From NCBI RefSeq assembly GCF_018350175.1, contig NC_058382.1, positions 58,096,001-58,160,000 on the forward strand: a stretch of DNA of 64,000 bases, given 5' to 3'. A program made the translations under genes and the position numbers. The notes under the pieces are model-generated. The model did not search any database. It saw only the letters and a list, made by a program, of their open reading frames with translations, and was not told where the DNA came from. Positions 61,558-64,000 of this stretch are shown in pieces. Within the stretch, counting starts at the first letter, position 1; the number at the start of each line of letters is the position of its first letter. The stretch comes from Felis catus (lineage: Eukaryota).

Positions 61558-62129
61558 AGGAGCCTGGGCTTTTTAAATAACTGTCGCGTTTTTGAAAGGT
61601 GGCATGTCAGATGCACGGAGAGACCGACCGCAAGGGAGGAAGGGAGGGAGCATTTATTGAGCGCCTGCCGTGTACCAGGAAGTACTCCAGGTGCCCGACG
61701 CATGCCCGCGTTCACCCCGGTGGACGTGAGCCCCAGAAGAAGGAGGGGGGGGGCAGATGTACCCCTTGCCTTCTGGTGCCTTCCAAAACGAGCGACCCCC
61801 GACCTGTGGCCGTTTCTTCCCCCTCGCTCCCGCTCACTGGTCTGGTGCCTCCTCCTCCTCCCTCCGTCCGCTGAGTTCATCAGACTGGCGGGGGTGGGGG
61901 GGGAAGGGGGGGTGGGGGGGACCGCGGGCCGCCCCCCACCCCCTGCCCCTGCAGCCCCGGGCAGGAAACCACCAACGTGCTTGCGGGAGAGGCAGGCACA
62001 GCTGTCGCTAACAGGTGAGCCCTTCCCGAGCCGCGCTTCTCCCAGGGCCTCCTGGAGACATCCGTAATGAAGTGCAGCTGTGAACTCCGGTTTTGGGTCA
62101 GAAAGGCAATTTCTCATCTCTCCCCGCAG

Positions 62130-62730
62130 CAACGGCGTCGAAAATCCGGGAGCTGTGCGCCTCCTCCCCGCCCCCCCCCCCCCCCGGCGCCCGGCGCCGC
62201 CGCCCCCCGGCCCTCGCCCACCGAAGCGGGGGCTCAGGAGGCGGGCGTCAATAATGACGCTGTCAGAGGCAGGTGGCCCGGGTGCGGAGGGAGCGGGCTC
62301 GCGGGGCCGGCGAGGCGGGGGTAGAGGAGCAGCTGGCCGGGGTGCTCTGGGAGGCGGGGAGGCTGCTTTCCTCTCGTTTTAATTGGTCTTTGTGACTCTA
62401 ACGGCAGGCCCGATTCACCTAGTGGCAGCGTGTGGGCTCGGGGCTCCTGCCGCGCTCCGCATCTGAGGCATTCACGAGGCGCCAGGCAGCTGTTCTGGCC
62501 TAACCGACGTTTCTGGATGGTGCCGGGCCTGGAAGGGCCTGGAAAAACAAAGCCGGGGGTGTCTGGGGGAAAGGCAGGGCCCTCGCGGGGACGGGGGGGC
62601 CCGTGGCCGGGGCGACGCAGCCCGGGGGAGCCCCGGCTTCCGGATCGGGGCCTGTCACGCCGCCTGGGGCACAGGGTCACCCGAGGAGCCGGGTTCCGTC
62701 AGGCCCAGAGGAGCCCAGGAGCGCTCGCCA
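62130..62730. promoter_or_regulatory. CpG-island-like block with embedded motifs
   Basis: Dense CpG; GCGTCA-N4-TGACGC at 62245-62260; TTTAATTGG near 62378. Confidence 0.5.
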
Positions 62731-62999
62731 AGTACAATCGATGAAATAGGAGCTCCCCACGCCTCGGGTGGGGGGGGGGTGGGCAGAGCTGATAGAGCTC
62801 CGGGACCTCGTTTTCCGGCCAGCTAACCGTCCCCTCGGTGAGCACAGGGCTCCCCAGAGGAGGCAGCCCGACCGTCACGGTGCTTGCGGACGGGAGCTCT
62901 GGGCCAGCACGCCTGGCTTTGCATCGCTGTGTGACCTTAGAGAGGTGGCTTGACTTCTCTGTTCCGGCTCCCCGTGAAACGGAGAGCCTGGGTGAGAAG

Positions 63000-63300
63000 A
63001 GTCACTTCGTGCATCTGAGGACGACGACGTTCCGTCGTGTTCCTTGGCAGCCTGTCCCCTGTCCCCGGTTCCTGCCAGCACAGATCTGTTTTCTGTCCCT
63101 CTGGCCTTGCCTTTAAGATGTCACGCGGTCGGAAGCGTTCCGTGCAGAGACCTTCACGTCTGGTGGCCTTGGCTTAGGCGTCGGGATCCGCCCGGCGGGC
63201 GTGAGAGCATCGGGGTTGCCGAGGGGCATTTGGTGGCGTGGACGCACCACGAGGGGTCTGTCCGTTAGCCCAGCGGTGGACATTAGGGTGTTTGCTTTGG
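63000..63300 (-). mobile_element. Highly diverged L1ME-type 3' fragment
   Basis: gatctgttttctgtccct...ttgcctttaagatgtca...gtggacattagggtgttt order matches old L1 3' UTRs. Confidence 0.5.
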
Positions 63301-63303
63301 GCC

Positions 63304-63658
63304 TGTCTTAGTCCCTCGCGCTGCTGTAGCGAAACACCAGGCACCGGGCAGGCTCAGCAGCCTTAGCGGCAGATGCCGACAGAGCCGGGAGGCGGGGATC
63401 AGACTCTGCGCTGGGTGAGGGTCTACTTCTGCTCGCAGACGGGTGTCCCCTGTGGCTTGTGTCCTCTTGTGTCTCTCTCTCTGTTTCTGAGGACCCCGAT
63501 CCTATCAGGGGGCCCCACCCCCGTGACCTCCTCGAAAGTACTCACCTCCCAAAGGCCCCACCTCCGAATACCATTGCGCTGGGACTCGGGGTTCAACAGA
63601 TGCCTAATGGTGGGGCCGGGGGGGGGGGCGGGAGGTCACGGACGTTCAGTCGACAACA
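63304..63658 (-). mobile_element. MLT1A-like solo LTR
   Basis: tgtcttagtcc...cacctcccaaaggccccacctccgaataccatt...ttcaaca...gttcagtcgacaaca. Confidence 0.8.
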
Positions 63659-64000
63659 GCAACTCACAAGGATCCCGTGCAGTCTGTGGCATCGCTGTCC
63701 CCCTGGTGACACGGAAGCCCAGGGTCACGCCGCCAGCCTCCCCCCTGTCTCGTGTGCCCTAAGCAGGAGGGGCCCGCGCCCCACGACCTGTTGTCTCCCA
63801 GCGCTGGGTCCGACCTTGGCTGAAGATGCCTCTTTGTCCCTGCCGGAGACTCGCGGCCAGCGCAAATAATTGGATTTTAATAAAACGGACGGGAGTGTGG
63901 AAGCAGTTCGCCACCCTGGCCTGAGCTGAGGCCCCGCAATTAAACTGATTATGTCTTGGGAGTCAAGCTGTCTGACTCTGCATCCCTAATTTGGCGCTGC

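Noticed and set aside
1..64000. Naming the host or neighbouring gene, or claiming a novel biological system
   Set aside because: No exon or diagnostic sequence was recognised. Everything visible is explained by known repeat classes, putative cis-regulatory elements and compositional bias.

Overview
Mammalian genomic DNA, almost certainly from a felid. It carries 11 feline-type Can-SINEs (head ggggcgcctgggtggctcagtcgg..., CT-rich stretch, A-rich tail, several with target-site duplications) and one shorter, older carnivore SINE. The window is very GC-rich and CpG-rich by eye and appears non-coding. None of the six-frame ORFs looks like a real protein and I could not support any exon. Ancient eutherian repeats fill much of it: MIR, L2, L1M 3' ends, MLT1/LTR16 LTRs, MER5A/MER53/MER91 and an L3 fragment. 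Between them lie a 42-bp minisatellite, microsatellites, four CpG-island-like blocks and about a dozen non-repetitive AT-rich islands dense in homeodomain, TALE, SOX, GATA and MEF2-type motifs. There is one near-perfect CTCF site with its upstream motif. Overall this resembles a long intron or gene desert near a developmental regulator, but the gene cannot be named from the sequence. I found no convincing new multi-gene system. The best leads are the candidate enhancers, the CTCF site, a strong AT-to-GC remodelling of old repeats, and two SINEs sharing an identical derived 45-bp head. Repeat family names come from remembered consensus sequences and boundaries are approximate.
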